A stretch of 64,000 nucleotides of DNA from a virus (IMGVR_UViG_3300050156_000143:192001-256000); one strand, 5' to 3'. Shown: positions 48,265-58,077, numbered from the stretch's first letter. Notes: generated by a model from the letters alone, not told the origin. Numbers and translations: made by a program.

Positions 48265-49794
48265 TTAGTCTGGTTGAATCTTTAACAATGTTGAAAGCGC
48301 TTGTCTTTCGGGAATAACTCCGTTTTGTGTGGTTATGGTGGTAGTAGTGTTGATAAAAGTTGATCGCAATGAGGTATCATCCACCGTGAATCCAGTTGAC
48401 GTTCTAATGTCATCCGACTTTGCTACCCACCGTTTTCCATCAAACATGAACAATCTAGCGGGCTTATAATCAGTTCTTACAAACCAGGTGCCACGTGGTT
48501 GATTATCGGGAAATGATGTTCCAGTATCGGCCACCACACCATTCGGGGCGTCTATTGAAGAAGTCATATAGCCATATAATTCACCAAATCCTTCTGCATT
48601 TGCTGTGCTCATTACATACGCAAACCGTGGATCAACCGTGGGGTCAGTCGTTGTAAAATTGCTTGACGCGGTTCCAATCACGGTGGACAACACGCAACTT
48701 TCACCAGCAGTTCTGCCAGAGTTCCCTATCACTTCGGGTGGAATTTCACACAACTCTAACCGCAAAATTTGCGACGGTGATATCACTATTTGGTCGTATT
48801 GAGACAACGATGCGGCAGAAATTCTGATCACTGCACTGGGCGAATAGGTGCTACTGGTGATAATATCCAATCTGCCAGCGATCTGAACCGGAGTTGGAGT
48901 TTGATATAAAGGAGTCCCAGCAGTTTCACTTGGCACAAGGTACAATTGAGTGCGATCGTAACCCGACCTCGGAACATCATTGATGGCTTGCTCAATGAGT
49001 GCATCATTGATTTTAATGTTGTTATTATAGGTTGAAAGGATATCAGTTAAAGACAAGGTAGTATCTAATTGCCAATAATCAGTATCAGTCACCGGAGTAT
49101 TTGCTGGAACATTCTGGGTTGCAATATAGGTCTTATCACCGTAGGTCACTGTGTATCCAGGCCGATAAGTCAAGGTGCTATCCCATTGGCCCAGATAGTT
49201 ATCTTGTTGAACTGGTTTATTCAAAATGGTAGAAAACTCTTGCACGTCACTGAGCGGTTCACATTTGATTCTCCATAAATGTGGATACCACGTTGACGAA
49301 AACCCTTCTGAAGCATAGTTTCCATCAGTGACATGGTAATATCGTCTAAGTCCAATCGGGATTTCCTCATTCAATGGATGATAATCGGTCAAGTGCGGCA
49401 GTTCGATGACGTCACCGACCATCAATTTCCTACCAAGATGGTCAAGCATGTTGTTATAATGCACTGTGATGAAGATGACGTCATTGGTCAAAAACAATCC
49501 AAACTGCGACATATCAAAGTCGAGGTTTTGCACATTGTAGTGACCACGGATTACATAAACGTCGTTATCATATTTTCTATTCCTGTTTTCTAGGAAGAGA
49601 AGATCGCCAACGTTTGTTGGTTTAAGATCGTCATAGGTGGGCTGAGTGGCATCAGTTGTGGTGGAAGTCACTGGCCCAAGATACTTATGCACGAACAAAT
49701 CAGTCCCGCCCACAATGAATTGCTCTTTGACTGTACGGTCAATAAAGCGGTAATCATTGGATTTTTGTTGGCGGTATAGTGAAAGTCTTGGCAT
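48265..49794 (-). CDS. neck/head-closure protein (T4 gp14-like) with extension
   Basis: MPRLSLYR...DLLFLENRNRKYD...GRKLMVGDVIELPHL...YPHLWRIKC; TAAATA 4 nt upstream. Confidence 0.75.
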   Translation of the reverse strand: MPRLSLYRQQKSNDYRFIDRTVKEQFIVGGTDLFVHKYLGPVTSTTTDATQPTYDDLKPTNVGDLLFLENRNRKYDNDVYVIRGHYNVQNLDFDMSQFGLFLTNDVIFITVHYNNMLDHLGRKLMVGDVIELPHLTDYHPLNEEIPIGLRRYYHVTDGNYASEGFSSTWYPHLWRIKCEPLSDVQEFSTILNKPVQQDNYLGQWDSTLTYRPGYTVTYGDKTYIATQNVPANTPVTDTDYWQLDTTLSLTDILSTYNNNIKINDALIEQAINDVPRSGYDRTQLYLVPSETAGTPLYQTPTPVQIAGRLDIITSSTYSPSAVIRISAASLSQYDQIVISPSQILRLELCEIPPEVIGNSGRTAGESCVLSTVIGTASSNFTTTDPTVDPRFAYVMSTANAEGFGELYGYMTSSIDAPNGVVADTGTSFPDNQPRGTWFVRTDYKPARLFMFDGKRWVAKSDDIRTSTGFTVDDTSLRSTFINTTTTITTQNGVIPERQALSTLLKIQPD

Positions 49795-49830
49795 ATCCTA
49801 TTTAGGTATATGAGTTTTAAGGATTGAGTA

Positions 49831-50979
49831 ATGGCAACGCGAAAAGTTAAACCCAAAATTGAGATCACGGGAATTGTCCCGTCCCTTCGCCCTTCCCACG
49901 ATGATGCAAAATATCATGGGGAGGAACCTGATTTTTTAACCGTGACTCACGATAACCGAAAAATATCGGTCATTCGGGCATGCAATTGGTACAGTAAATT
50001 CTTTGACCGCAAAGATGGGAAGGAATTTATCTGTGCATATTTGGAAAAACGTGACCAAACGGTGTTGGCACAGTTTATGAAGGTTTCCGACGCACATGTG
50101 GAAATGTCGATTGCCTGGTTAGCCAGAATGGCAGAACGTGGACTCAAACTAACTGAGGATGAGGAGGCAAAACTTAGTTCCCACGTTGAGTATCTTTTGG
50201 GAACAATGGTTAAAGAAAAGCCCGTCAAAACTGAGGAAACGGCCAAACCAAAAATTCAAGAAACGATGCTTGATAAGGCCAGAGAAGCTGGTGGCGAGTT
50301 AGAAGGCCTGTTTGATGAGTTCTTGAATGATCCAAGGTTATCGCACGGTTTAAAGCCGATCGACGAATTGGCCAAAAAGAACATTCTCCCCCAGCATATT
50401 CCCATGTTGGTGAACAGTTGGAATAAAAAGTTGGCAGAATTCAACGAAGTAGCCGATGGCAAAGATCGTCAATTGACAGAAGCCTATTCCAATCTGAGTA
50501 AAGTACAAGTTCGCCACACTATCAAATATATTGAGCAAGTGATTGCGGACTTGAACAGTTATGTCACAGTCAAAAGGACTGCAAAAGTTCGGATTAAAAA
50601 ACCAGTTTCCCCTGAAAAACAAGCGGCAAATGTCAAGTTTCTGAAAGAGTTTGAACTCGGGAAACAAAAATTTGTTAGCTTACACCCAAGTAAACTTATT
50701 GTATCATGTGAAGCATGGGTATATGACACCGATAAGAGAAAGTTACATCACTATATCGCAGACGAGTATAGTAAAACGTTTACTGTAAAAGGCACCACAT
50801 TGCTTGGATTTGATGGCACAACATCTGAAATGAAAACTTTGCGCAAACCTGAAGAAAGTTTGAAGTCCGTTATGGGCGGAAAACCTGCCGCTCGGAAATT
50901 CTTTAAGGAACTTTCCACCACCCCGTCTGCCCCATCAGGTAGATTTAATGAAAATATGATTATCTTGAAAGCGTTTTAA
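49831..50979 (+). CDS. conserved hypothetical protein of T4-like large phages
   Basis: 382 aa; C-terminal WVYDTDKRKL...KTLRKP...GRFNENMIILKAF. Confidence 0.8.
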   Translation: MATRKVKPKIEITGIVPSLRPSHDDAKYHGEEPDFLTVTHDNRKISVIRACNWYSKFFDRKDGKEFICAYLEKRDQTVLAQFMKVSDAHVEMSIAWLARMAERGLKLTEDEEAKLSSHVEYLLGTMVKEKPVKTEETAKPKIQETMLDKAREAGGELEGLFDEFLNDPRLSHGLKPIDELAKKNILPQHIPMLVNSWNKKLAEFNEVADGKDRQLTEAYSNLSKVQVRHTIKYIEQVIADLNSYVTVKRTAKVRIKKPVSPEKQAANVKFLKEFELGKQKFVSLHPSKLIVSCEAWVYDTDKRKLHHYIADEYSKTFTVKGTTLLGFDGTTSEMKTLRKPEESLKSVMGGKPAARKFFKELSTTPSAPSGRFNENMIILKAF

Positions 50980-50980
50980 T

Positions 50981-51577
50981 ATGAAAAATTTCCATCTTGT
51001 ACAACAGTTTCAGTCAGCATTTAACTGCAATATTGGCACCACACCATCTTTTCCCGACAACAAGGAACGCGCATTGCGGTTGCGCCTGCTGATAGAGGAA
51101 TATGATGAACTTTTGGAAGCAGAAGATGCTGATGATTTTATTGAGGTGTGTGATGCGATTGGCGACCTGAAATACATCATCAACGGCACTTTGGTGTCAT
51201 ACGGTGCGGAATACGTTGCGATCAATAATGCGGTGCATGTTGGAGGAATCCCGGCTTTCCCAACCCATCACACTAGACGCTCGCTGGTGCAATGTGTTAA
51301 ACAAATTGTTGATAACATTCGGGTGGCCGAGTTTGACAATCTGTATATCACAGTGGTGATCATGTTATCCACGTTGGATACCATTTTGGATAACATGAGT
51401 ATTGCATATGGCATTCCGATTCAGGAGATATTTGAGGAAATCCATGCGAGCAATATGAGCAAACTTGACGATAATGGTGAGCCAATCTTTAGAGAAGACG
51501 GTAAGGTGCTAAAAAGTCATAACTTCTTTCAACCAAAGATTGAAGAAATCTTGATTAAACACGGGTGGGTCAAATGA
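50981..51577 (+). CDS. MazG-like/all-alpha NTP pyrophosphohydrolase
   Basis: LLIEEYDELL...CDAIGDLKYI...EIHASNMSK...REDGKVLK. Confidence 0.88.
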   Translation: MKNFHLVQQFQSAFNCNIGTTPSFPDNKERALRLRLLIEEYDELLEAEDADDFIEVCDAIGDLKYIINGTLVSYGAEYVAINNAVHVGGIPAFPTHHTRRSLVQCVKQIVDNIRVAEFDNLYITVVIMLSTLDTILDNMSIAYGIPIQEIFEEIHASNMSKLDDNGEPIFREDGKVLKSHNFFQPKIEEILIKHGWVK

Positions 51578-51764
51578 GTTTATACGCCCCCACTCTCCGA
51601 TCCTTGACCGAGACGGTTTTTGCAGAATGTGTGATGAGAAAATTAACCGTGATGACGCAAAAGTGGTCACGTGGTATTCACATCGTAATCGAGGGATGAC
51701 CATCATTTTGTGCAAACCGTGTATACAAAAGTTAGCAAATATGATCGAAAAGGACAATGAATGA
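51574..51764 (+). pseudogene. small zinc-finger protein split by a frameshift at the C5 run 51587-51591
   Basis: ATGA-coupled start 51574 and ATGA-coupled stop 51764 are in different frames; the second frame has CRMC...CKPC. Confidence 0.55.
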
Positions 51765-52516
51765 ATTTCATCTACAATAGCAACGGATTACCGTTTTTGT
51801 CAGAATCTGACTTAATTCTGAAGGATTATTTTGTTCGCAGTATTGCGCACGATGTTAAACAAATCATGAAAGAGCAAAATAGGGCATGGGATTTTGTTCA
51901 ACTTGAATCGCCGTGTTTGATACCACGTGAACTGATTAACCAAAATTACACCAACGATGATGTTTGGGTACAATCTGGTGACAGCAATTTAGTTCTCAAA
52001 CCAGAAACAACCCCAGCAACATATGCGGCAATGGTTGAGCAAGTTCAGGCCCGTAACGTTGTGCCTCCAATTTGTTTTTGGCAGGTCTCAAAAAGTTTCC
52101 GACGAGAGCAAGATCAGCCGACCAAACACTGTCGCTTCAAAGAGTTTTATCAAATGGAGTTTCAGTGTCTGTATACGGCTGATACAAAAAACAATTATCA
52201 GGAAAACGTGGTGGAAAAGCTGGCCACCATGATTATGAAATTGTTGTCTCTACCGACTCGGCTAGTTTTGTCAGACAGGTTGCCATCATATTCAATGAAA
52301 ACTATTGACATTGAAGTCAACAATTCAGACAAGTGGATGGAAGTTGCTTCTATATCAGTGCGTACTGATTTTCCAGTTATCCCGGTGGTGAGAGGGAAAT
52401 CAAGCGAATGTTTGGTGTTGGAAATTGCGATCGGGGTTGATCGATTGATATACAATTATCATCAGCGTCAACGTGTTATTCCTATCATGATAGTGGAGAA
52501 TTGCGTCCAGCCCTGA
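51761..52516 (+). CDS. class II aminoacyl-tRNA synthetase catalytic core (GlyRS-like), no anticodon-binding domain
   Basis: LKPETT, WQVSKSFRRE (motif 2), RFKEFYQMEFQ, EVASIS.RTDF, EIAIGVDRL (motif 3). Confidence 0.85.
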   Translation: MNFIYNSNGLPFLSESDLILKDYFVRSIAHDVKQIMKEQNRAWDFVQLESPCLIPRELINQNYTNDDVWVQSGDSNLVLKPETTPATYAAMVEQVQARNVVPPICFWQVSKSFRREQDQPTKHCRFKEFYQMEFQCLYTADTKNNYQENVVEKLATMIMKLLSLPTRLVLSDRLPSYSMKTIDIEVNNSDKWMEVASISVRTDFPVIPVVRGKSSECLVLEIAIGVDRLIYNYHQRQRVIPIMIVENCVQP

Positions 52517-52558
52517 CGTGGTGTAAAGAGGGGCGTGGTGAACATCATTAAATAATGG

Positions 52559-53605
52559 ATGCTATGTGAAAAGATCACCACCCCCAACTTACTCCAGTCG
52601 CTTTCGTATGCCATATTACAAACATTGGCTGAGCAATACAAAACTGGAAATTGCAATATAAGGTACGCCACTAATGTCTATGACCGGATCGTCCCATCCG
52701 TCGCTATATCTGACATTCGTCTCCCAATATCAATTCGCGAATCCAGTGACGAGGACTTCCTAACGTTTATAAAAACCAACGAGAATTTGCGAATTAAGAT
52801 GCGAGCGCAAGTAGATACTGGATTTGTTTCAGTTGACGGGGAGTTTTTTGCAAGAACGAATCTCATCGAGTTAAGGGTGACCCCACAGTTCATGGACAAA
52901 TTTGACGAAACCTTTGACCCGCACAAGTTGGGGTCAGTGTTAACCCATGAACTAACCCACGCATATGATAATTGGATTTCAAAAGAAAAATATACACACA
53001 ATAAACTGTCAATGACCGGATTGAGAGCGCAAGGCCATGCGACCGATATGAATTTGTCCCCGGAAGATCGTGTCAAACATATAAAAGCATATCGTGGTTC
53101 ACCCCATGAAATCAATGCCAGATTTTATCAATCTATTCATACAATCCCAACCCCGAATACAGTCAGTTTGCGTGACTTTGTGTTTGATTTTGCACGCACG
53201 TTCGACGGTTTTGAGGATTTGACCAGCGAAGACAGAAAGAGAATTCTATCCAGGGTCGGTGCATATTGGGCAAGCCAAAATCCCACACGTCGGTCAGTCA
53301 ATTTGCAGCCAATTGTTGAACGATTGAATGATAAGTTAAACGGCCTGGCTACTGTTCAACTGAAATCTGCCGGGAGAGTTAGCGTAGAAGTTTCCCTATC
53401 GGCGAGCGACACGGATATGAGTGCTGCAATAAAACGCATTTGTAAATTTGCCGATACTTACCACCAAACTGTCGAAATAGAATCCATCCCTCAAATGATC
53501 GCGCGTGAATTTGACTTCAAGAAAAATGCCGGGAGAACCAAACGATTTGATTTGTCAGTACATACTATTGCGTATCGTGAGCCAAAGCCTAGACAATCGG
53601 TGTGA
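52559..53605 (+). CDS. hypothetical late protein with HExxH zincin motif
   Basis: TAAATA 4 nt upstream; VLTHELTHAYD...PHEINARF. Confidence 0.65.
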   Translation: MLCEKITTPNLLQSLSYAILQTLAEQYKTGNCNIRYATNVYDRIVPSVAISDIRLPISIRESSDEDFLTFIKTNENLRIKMRAQVDTGFVSVDGEFFARTNLIELRVTPQFMDKFDETFDPHKLGSVLTHELTHAYDNWISKEKYTHNKLSMTGLRAQGHATDMNLSPEDRVKHIKAYRGSPHEINARFYQSIHTIPTPNTVSLRDFVFDFARTFDGFEDLTSEDRKRILSRVGAYWASQNPTRRSVNLQPIVERLNDKLNGLATVQLKSAGRVSVEVSLSASDTDMSAAIKRICKFADTYHQTVEIESIPQMIAREFDFKKNAGRTKRFDLSVHTIAYREPKPRQSV

Positions 53606-53638
53606 CGGGTATACTGCGTTAACGATAACGTAACCCAC

Positions 53639-53664
53639 AAAAAAGCGGCCTAGGCCGCTTTTTT
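53639..53664. terminator. bidirectional terminator between convergent genes
   Basis: AAAAAAGCGGCCTAGGCCGCTTTTTT. Confidence 0.9.
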
Positions 53665-53666
53665 CA

Positions 53667-54776
53667 TTAGTGGATGATAAGGTACGTCCCAATGACATCG
53701 TGACGGTTTGCCGAATCGTCACCATCGCCTGGCACCACGATGACATTCCATTTTGGCGTATCACGTTCAGGCAATTCCATCATTTCGCCATAAGTTAAAA
53801 TAGTTGAGTTATCGATGTGATAGGTTGACGCCAACCGAGCTTTGAACTCATCAAATGCAGCATCATCAATGAATTGCATTTTGCCCTCAGCGTTGCGTAT
53901 CAATTTTCTACCAACTTTTTGAATCAGATCGCCAAACATCTTTTCTGGCACCACTCGTGCATGTTTGGTTTTCGTGAAATTGATCTGCTTTTCCTGGGAG
54001 GCTTGCGCTCCTGAGCTAAAATTCATTCTGAAATTTGGCGGACGCTCCGACGTTGCAACTGCCGCAATTTTGGTATATGCGTAAAATCCAACCGTTGGAT
54101 GACGTCTCGCAACTCTGAACGCCATTTCCAAGTATTCTGGACTAAAGAAATCCCCGGCGTCATGCCACCGTACTACAATTTTGCTCCCACGGTTTTTGTG
54201 CTTTTCAATTGCAATTTCAGATGCAATTACTTCCTCGAATCCTTCTGGGTCATTCAACAAAAAGTTCAGCATCTTGGATTGATTCAAGCTGACATTTTTA
54301 AACATGACATAACTACTATCCATTGCGTAGCAAAACGTCTTGCACGCGCCCGCACCTGGACACGTGTCAACTACAACGAATTCGCCAGTGGATTCATTTA
54401 CCGCCAAACCTTTTAAGGCCGGTAACCCCACATTGTAAAAAACCGAGGTGGAACCATCGCTGTGCTGCATTTTTTCATTTTGTTTTAAGATTGTGGTAGG
54501 CTTTGTGGTGATGGCTGCTTTCAATTTTTCCAAATCGTATTTCCTACCTTGGGAATTGACAATTGGTACGTTACTGCTGTGAATATAAGGATACTCGTAT
54601 TTGTCAGTTTTTTCTTTGGATTTGCTCTGGATTCGGCCAACATAGTCATCCAGTTCATCGTGACCAAGTACACGATGTTTTGCGCCCAATAGATCGGCCT
54701 CGGTCAACCCCGAAGAATCATGCACGAATTGTGCCAAACTCACGTAGGTCAAATTGTTTTTAATTTTGTATTTCAT
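53667..54776 (-). CDS. Gp88-like protein
   Basis: TCPGAGACKTFCYA...VRWHDAGDFFS...FYAYTK; start reset to ATG 54776, 4 nt after TAAATA. Confidence 0.8.
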   Translation of the reverse strand: MKYKIKNNLTYVSLAQFVHDSSGLTEADLLGAKHRVLGHDELDDYVGRIQSKSKEKTDKYEYPYIHSSNVPIVNSQGRKYDLEKLKAAITTKPTTILKQNEKMQHSDGSTSVFYNVGLPALKGLAVNESTGEFVVVDTCPGAGACKTFCYAMDSSYVMFKNVSLNQSKMLNFLLNDPEGFEEVIASEIAIEKHKNRGSKIVVRWHDAGDFFSPEYLEMAFRVARRHPTVGFYAYTKIAAVATSERPPNFRMNFSSGAQASQEKQINFTKTKHARVVPEKMFGDLIQKVGRKLIRNAEGKMQFIDDAAFDEFKARLASTYHIDNSTILTYGEMMELPERDTPKWNVIVVPGDGDDSANRHDVIGTYLIIH

Positions 54777-54836
54777 CGTGTATTTAATGTCCCCACACAA
54801 TGGTCAGGTATTGACATTCCGGTGATTCCACAGTGC

Positions 54837-54865
54837 TACACTGCATTCACTGCACTGAAGCAGAC
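54837..54865 (+). promoter_or_regulatory. repeated early-promoter/leader module, copy 2
   Basis: TACACTGCATTCACTGCACTGAAGCAGAC; TTGACA at 54811-54816. Confidence 0.7.
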
Positions 54866-54885
54866 AACCACCAGGACACCAAGTA

Positions 54886-55080
54886 ATGACCACCTTCATT
54901 CTTTACCACAGCGCCAAAGAAGTTCGCAACGTGATTGGAACCGACATTGGCGATGCGGCCAAACAGTGCCCAGAACTGAGTTCTCCAACTTTTGTTGAAC
55001 ATGATGGTAACGTCTTTGCTTATCAATGGGTGGGCGAAAAGGCGTTTGAATTGATCGAGCGCGAATTTTCTCAATATTGA
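54886..55080 (+). CDS. hypothetical protein
   Basis: 64 aa, AGGA SD. Confidence 0.6.
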   Translation: MTTFILYHSAKEVRNVIGTDIGDAAKQCPELSSPTFVEHDGNVFAYQWVGEKAFELIEREFSQY

Positions 55081-55529
55081 TCCCCACCTTGGAGAACATC
55101 ATGAACAACGCCATTTGGGCACCAAAGCCGTTCATGTCTAGCCAAATTTGCGTAAAAATTATGCACCGTGGCTATGAAATTTCCATTGCGTTGGACGATT
55201 CTGCTGGTGCTGCTGACAGCTATGTGCGGACTATGTTGTGCATCTTTGATATCAACGATAACATCGTGACTCACGAATTTTGTGATCACCGTGAGTTATA
55301 CAGTGTCACCAGTCTCGATCTGCAAAAAGTGCTGGAAGCGATTGATCGCAAAAAGGGATATGGTTGGCAAGAATGGCATGGCGTGCGTACTGGGCCAAAC
55401 CTCCCAGACGACACTCAGATTGAAGTAATCATGCGCGACGGTTGGCAAGAACAAATGCGCAAAGATGAATTCTCATGGAGCCATAGTGGAGACCGGTCTG
55501 ACATCATTCGCTACCGGATCGTTGAGTAA
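55077..55529 (+). CDS. two-domain hypothetical protein
   Basis: C-terminal WQEWHG...P...EVIMRDG...FSWSH...DIIRYRIVE module. Confidence 0.7.
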   Translation: MIPTLENIMNNAIWAPKPFMSSQICVKIMHRGYEISIALDDSAGAADSYVRTMLCIFDINDNIVTHEFCDHRELYSVTSLDLQKVLEAIDRKKGYGWQEWHGVRTGPNLPDDTQIEVIMRDGWQEQMRKDEFSWSHSGDRSDIIRYRIVE

Positions 55530-55542
55530 GCTGGGGCGCGTC

Positions 55543-56052
55543 ATGAAAACCAAAGATGGGTATCAAATCAACGACAATGGCCACACAACGTCTAAATTGT
55601 GGCCCCATCAACCCGCCAGCATGTATGAAATCATGTACGCAAAATGGCGGGGAGCCGAAGACCGGGCTGCGCAGTATTACCACCAAATGCAAAATTTATA
55701 TTCCACCCCAAAGTGTCCAAGCAGTCTCAATCACGTGTGGATCGTCCTGGTTAATATTGACGGCGATGCTACGGCCAAAGCATTTCGATCAAAACCAGAC
55801 GCAATGAAATACATCACCAAAGAAAAGGAATGGGCGCAATGCGAAACCACGCTGATTAACCAATATTGGAAAGCGTATAACAAAATTGCACTCAACACTT
55901 TCTGGGACGACACAGATAACGATGACCAGTTCTATGACAAAGTCTGGCAACAGCTTCCGTATGTCGATGACAAAATCAAATGTATGTTGGAAAACTCATT
56001 CGATGAGCAGCCCGGCGTGTCACACACACTGATCAACACTAAGGTGTGGTGA
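55543..56052 (+). CDS. hypothetical protein
   Basis: 169 aa from ATG 55543. Confidence 0.6.
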   Translation: MKTKDGYQINDNGHTTSKLWPHQPASMYEIMYAKWRGAEDRAAQYYHQMQNLYSTPKCPSSLNHVWIVLVNIDGDATAKAFRSKPDAMKYITKEKEWAQCETTLINQYWKAYNKIALNTFWDDTDNDDQFYDKVWQQLPYVDDKIKCMLENSFDEQPGVSHTLINTKVW

Positions 56053-56053
56053 A

Positions 56054-56548
56054 ATGAAAACCGCGATCATCATTGATATTGACAACATCACGTTGGACGA
56101 CCTGGACGTCATTCGGTCATTGCGCCATGACGGCGCCCATTTTTATGCAGTTGGATTGGCTCCCTCCAAATTCAACTACAAAAAGTGTGTTCAACAGTTG
56201 GACTCAAATCGTCCCAAATTTCACCAACTTGTCCGCATCTTTGCTGCAATACCGTCAGATTTGACACTTGTTGCGAACACTGTTGCGTCCCCGGAATCGT
56301 CAGATGTTGCAATTGCCAAGTTAGTTGGGAGCAAGATAGTCGGACATTTTGACCGAGCAGTTTTGGTCAGTAACGACAACAGTATCATGATGGTTGGCAT
56401 CATGTTGAAACAAATCATGCCAACTTGGGTCATGGTGACAAAACACATTAAAAACCATCTCCAAGACACCAACCGGAAAATGCACGGCGTCCCAATAATT
56501 CGCGCAAAACACTGGGGAATTTCAAATCTTTTGGAAAGGTATGTATGA
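56054..56548 (+). CDS. NYN/PIN-like domain protein
   Basis: IIIDIDNI...SSDVAI...VLVSNDN resemble NYN acidic motifs. Confidence 0.6.
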   Translation: MKTAIIIDIDNITLDDLDVIRSLRHDGAHFYAVGLAPSKFNYKKCVQQLDSNRPKFHQLVRIFAAIPSDLTLVANTVASPESSDVAIAKLVGSKIVGHFDRAVLVSNDNSIMMVGIMLKQIMPTWVMVTKHIKNHLQDTNRKMHGVPIIRAKHWGISNLLERYV

Positions 56549-56787
56549 ACGGGTCAATCATTGTGTATAGCAACCCTGCAACACAAGCATTTTGGGAATC
56601 TGGTTTACTCGGGCCATTTAGCCTTGCAATGCTGGTGTTTATCCTGGGTCTCATGTTGGGAGAACGCTGGGTGAATGCACGGTACTCAAAATTCTCGCCC
56701 CAGCGTGACAAAATAACTGGAATCATCTTTGGGGCCATCGTCGTGGCATCGATTGCCACCTTTTACCTAACTTCCAAATATATGTGA
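56545..56787 (+). CDS. small membrane protein
   Basis: two TM helices. Confidence 0.65.
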   Translation: MNGSIIVYSNPATQAFWESGLLGPFSLAMLVFILGLMLGERWVNARYSKFSPQRDKITGIIFGAIVVASIATFYLTSKYM

Positions 56788-56794
56788 GAACATC

Positions 56795-57373
56795 ATGAAA
56801 TTGATCGATTTGCTGAAAAATGTGGACAAATCTGGCGAGTCTTGGAATCGCAATACGATCGACCCGGATGATATGTATCGCGCATTTCGCTTAGGAGACA
56901 TCCCAGACTGGACAAAGTTGAACGCAGGATTGAGCGCATATTGGATCAAAGTGTGGATGTGTACTGATTCACACGTTGGCGTGTGTGCCATTTACCTGCA
57001 TGGTGAACTGGTGGGAATGTCGTCCCAGTCGGGTCGGAAATCATCGGTGGACTACTCGTGGATTTCACCAGAAGCGGCTCAAAAGGTGAAAAATTTTGCA
57101 CTATCTTGCTGCGAAATTTCTGAAGAACTTGGCACCATCTTGACCGAGGATGAACTCAACGAAGACGAAGGGGAACTAACGTCTGTCTCGTATGCGTGTC
57201 AGTTGTTGGACAAAATTGAGGGGTATGTTGATGGCAAGGTTTGCTCCGTTATTGGCGTAAACGAGGGCGCAAACACAGTGTCTGTCAAATTCAGTGATGG
57301 AACCATGCGGGAATCCGTGCCAATTCGGAAATATAAATTTCCATATCGGGTGGTAAAAGGGGGATCATTGTGA
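56795..57373 (+). CDS. hypothetical protein
   Basis: WMCTDSHVG...QSGRKS recurrent phage motif. Confidence 0.75.
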   Translation: MKLIDLLKNVDKSGESWNRNTIDPDDMYRAFRLGDIPDWTKLNAGLSAYWIKVWMCTDSHVGVCAIYLHGELVGMSSQSGRKSSVDYSWISPEAAQKVKNFALSCCEISEELGTILTEDELNEDEGELTSVSYACQLLDKIEGYVDGKVCSVIGVNEGANTVSVKFSDGTMRESVPIRKYKFPYRVVKGGSL

Positions 57374-58077
57374 GTGCGATCGACAGGTTTGATCACGTAC
57401 ACGTCGCCAATTGGTATGGGATCCCCGTCTATTGGCCCCAAGAAGTTTTCATGTCAAGTGACGTGACAGATGAAAAACAAGGTGAGTACCAGATTGATGA
57501 ACACGTATTGGCAGTGGGTGGCGGAAGTGGGGAACATCCTGCGTTGATTTTGGATGTGGACGAATGTGTTCGCCAATGGATGCACACTCTGAAACTAGCG
57601 CTGAACTTCGAGGCTGGACGTGCCGACCTCGGCCCATTTGACCACCCGGATGTTCCATTAGCCACGTTGGACAATTACTTCAACGAGTTCTACGGTCATG
57701 GTCTCCATCGGTGGGGGATGAATTTAAACGAATGGCCACTGGAGACATTCATACGAATCCACGAGGAACGCCAACGTGTCAGACACGGTGATGAAATGTT
57801 GGGTATGCCGTTGGAAAAATACATCATGGTGCAATTTGGGATGTTCATTGCGGAGTTCATGCCACGTGCTTGCATTTCATCGCCAAAGTTGGGAGAAGCA
57901 GTTGATAAAGCGCTGGCAGAAGGTGCAATACGTGAATGCGGCCTTTTGCCACAAGATTTAGAACCACATGGGTTTGTCGGTCTGCTGCCAGGACAAGAGG
58001 GTGGACGAAAAAACATCGGCAATAAAATTCAACACGGATACTCGCTGCACAATTGGCTCCGTGACAACCAAAGTTGA
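57370..58077 (+). CDS. hypothetical protein
   Basis: 235-aa GTGA-coupled ORF. Confidence 0.65.
   Translation: MSAIDRFDHVHVANWYGIPVYWPQEVFMSSDVTDEKQGEYQIDEHVLAVGGGSGEHPALILDVDECVRQWMHTLKLALNFEAGRADLGPFDHPDVPLATLDNYFNEFYGHGLHRWGMNLNEWPLETFIRIHEERQRVRHGDEMLGMPLEKYIMVQFGMFIAEFMPRACISSPKLGEAVDKALAEGAIRECGLLPQDLEPHGFVGLLPGQEGGRKNIGNKIQHGYSLHNWLRDNQS

Noticed and set aside
34837-54837. Exactly 20,000-bp spacing between two repeat copies
   Set aside because: Third copy does not fit any period; treated as coincidence
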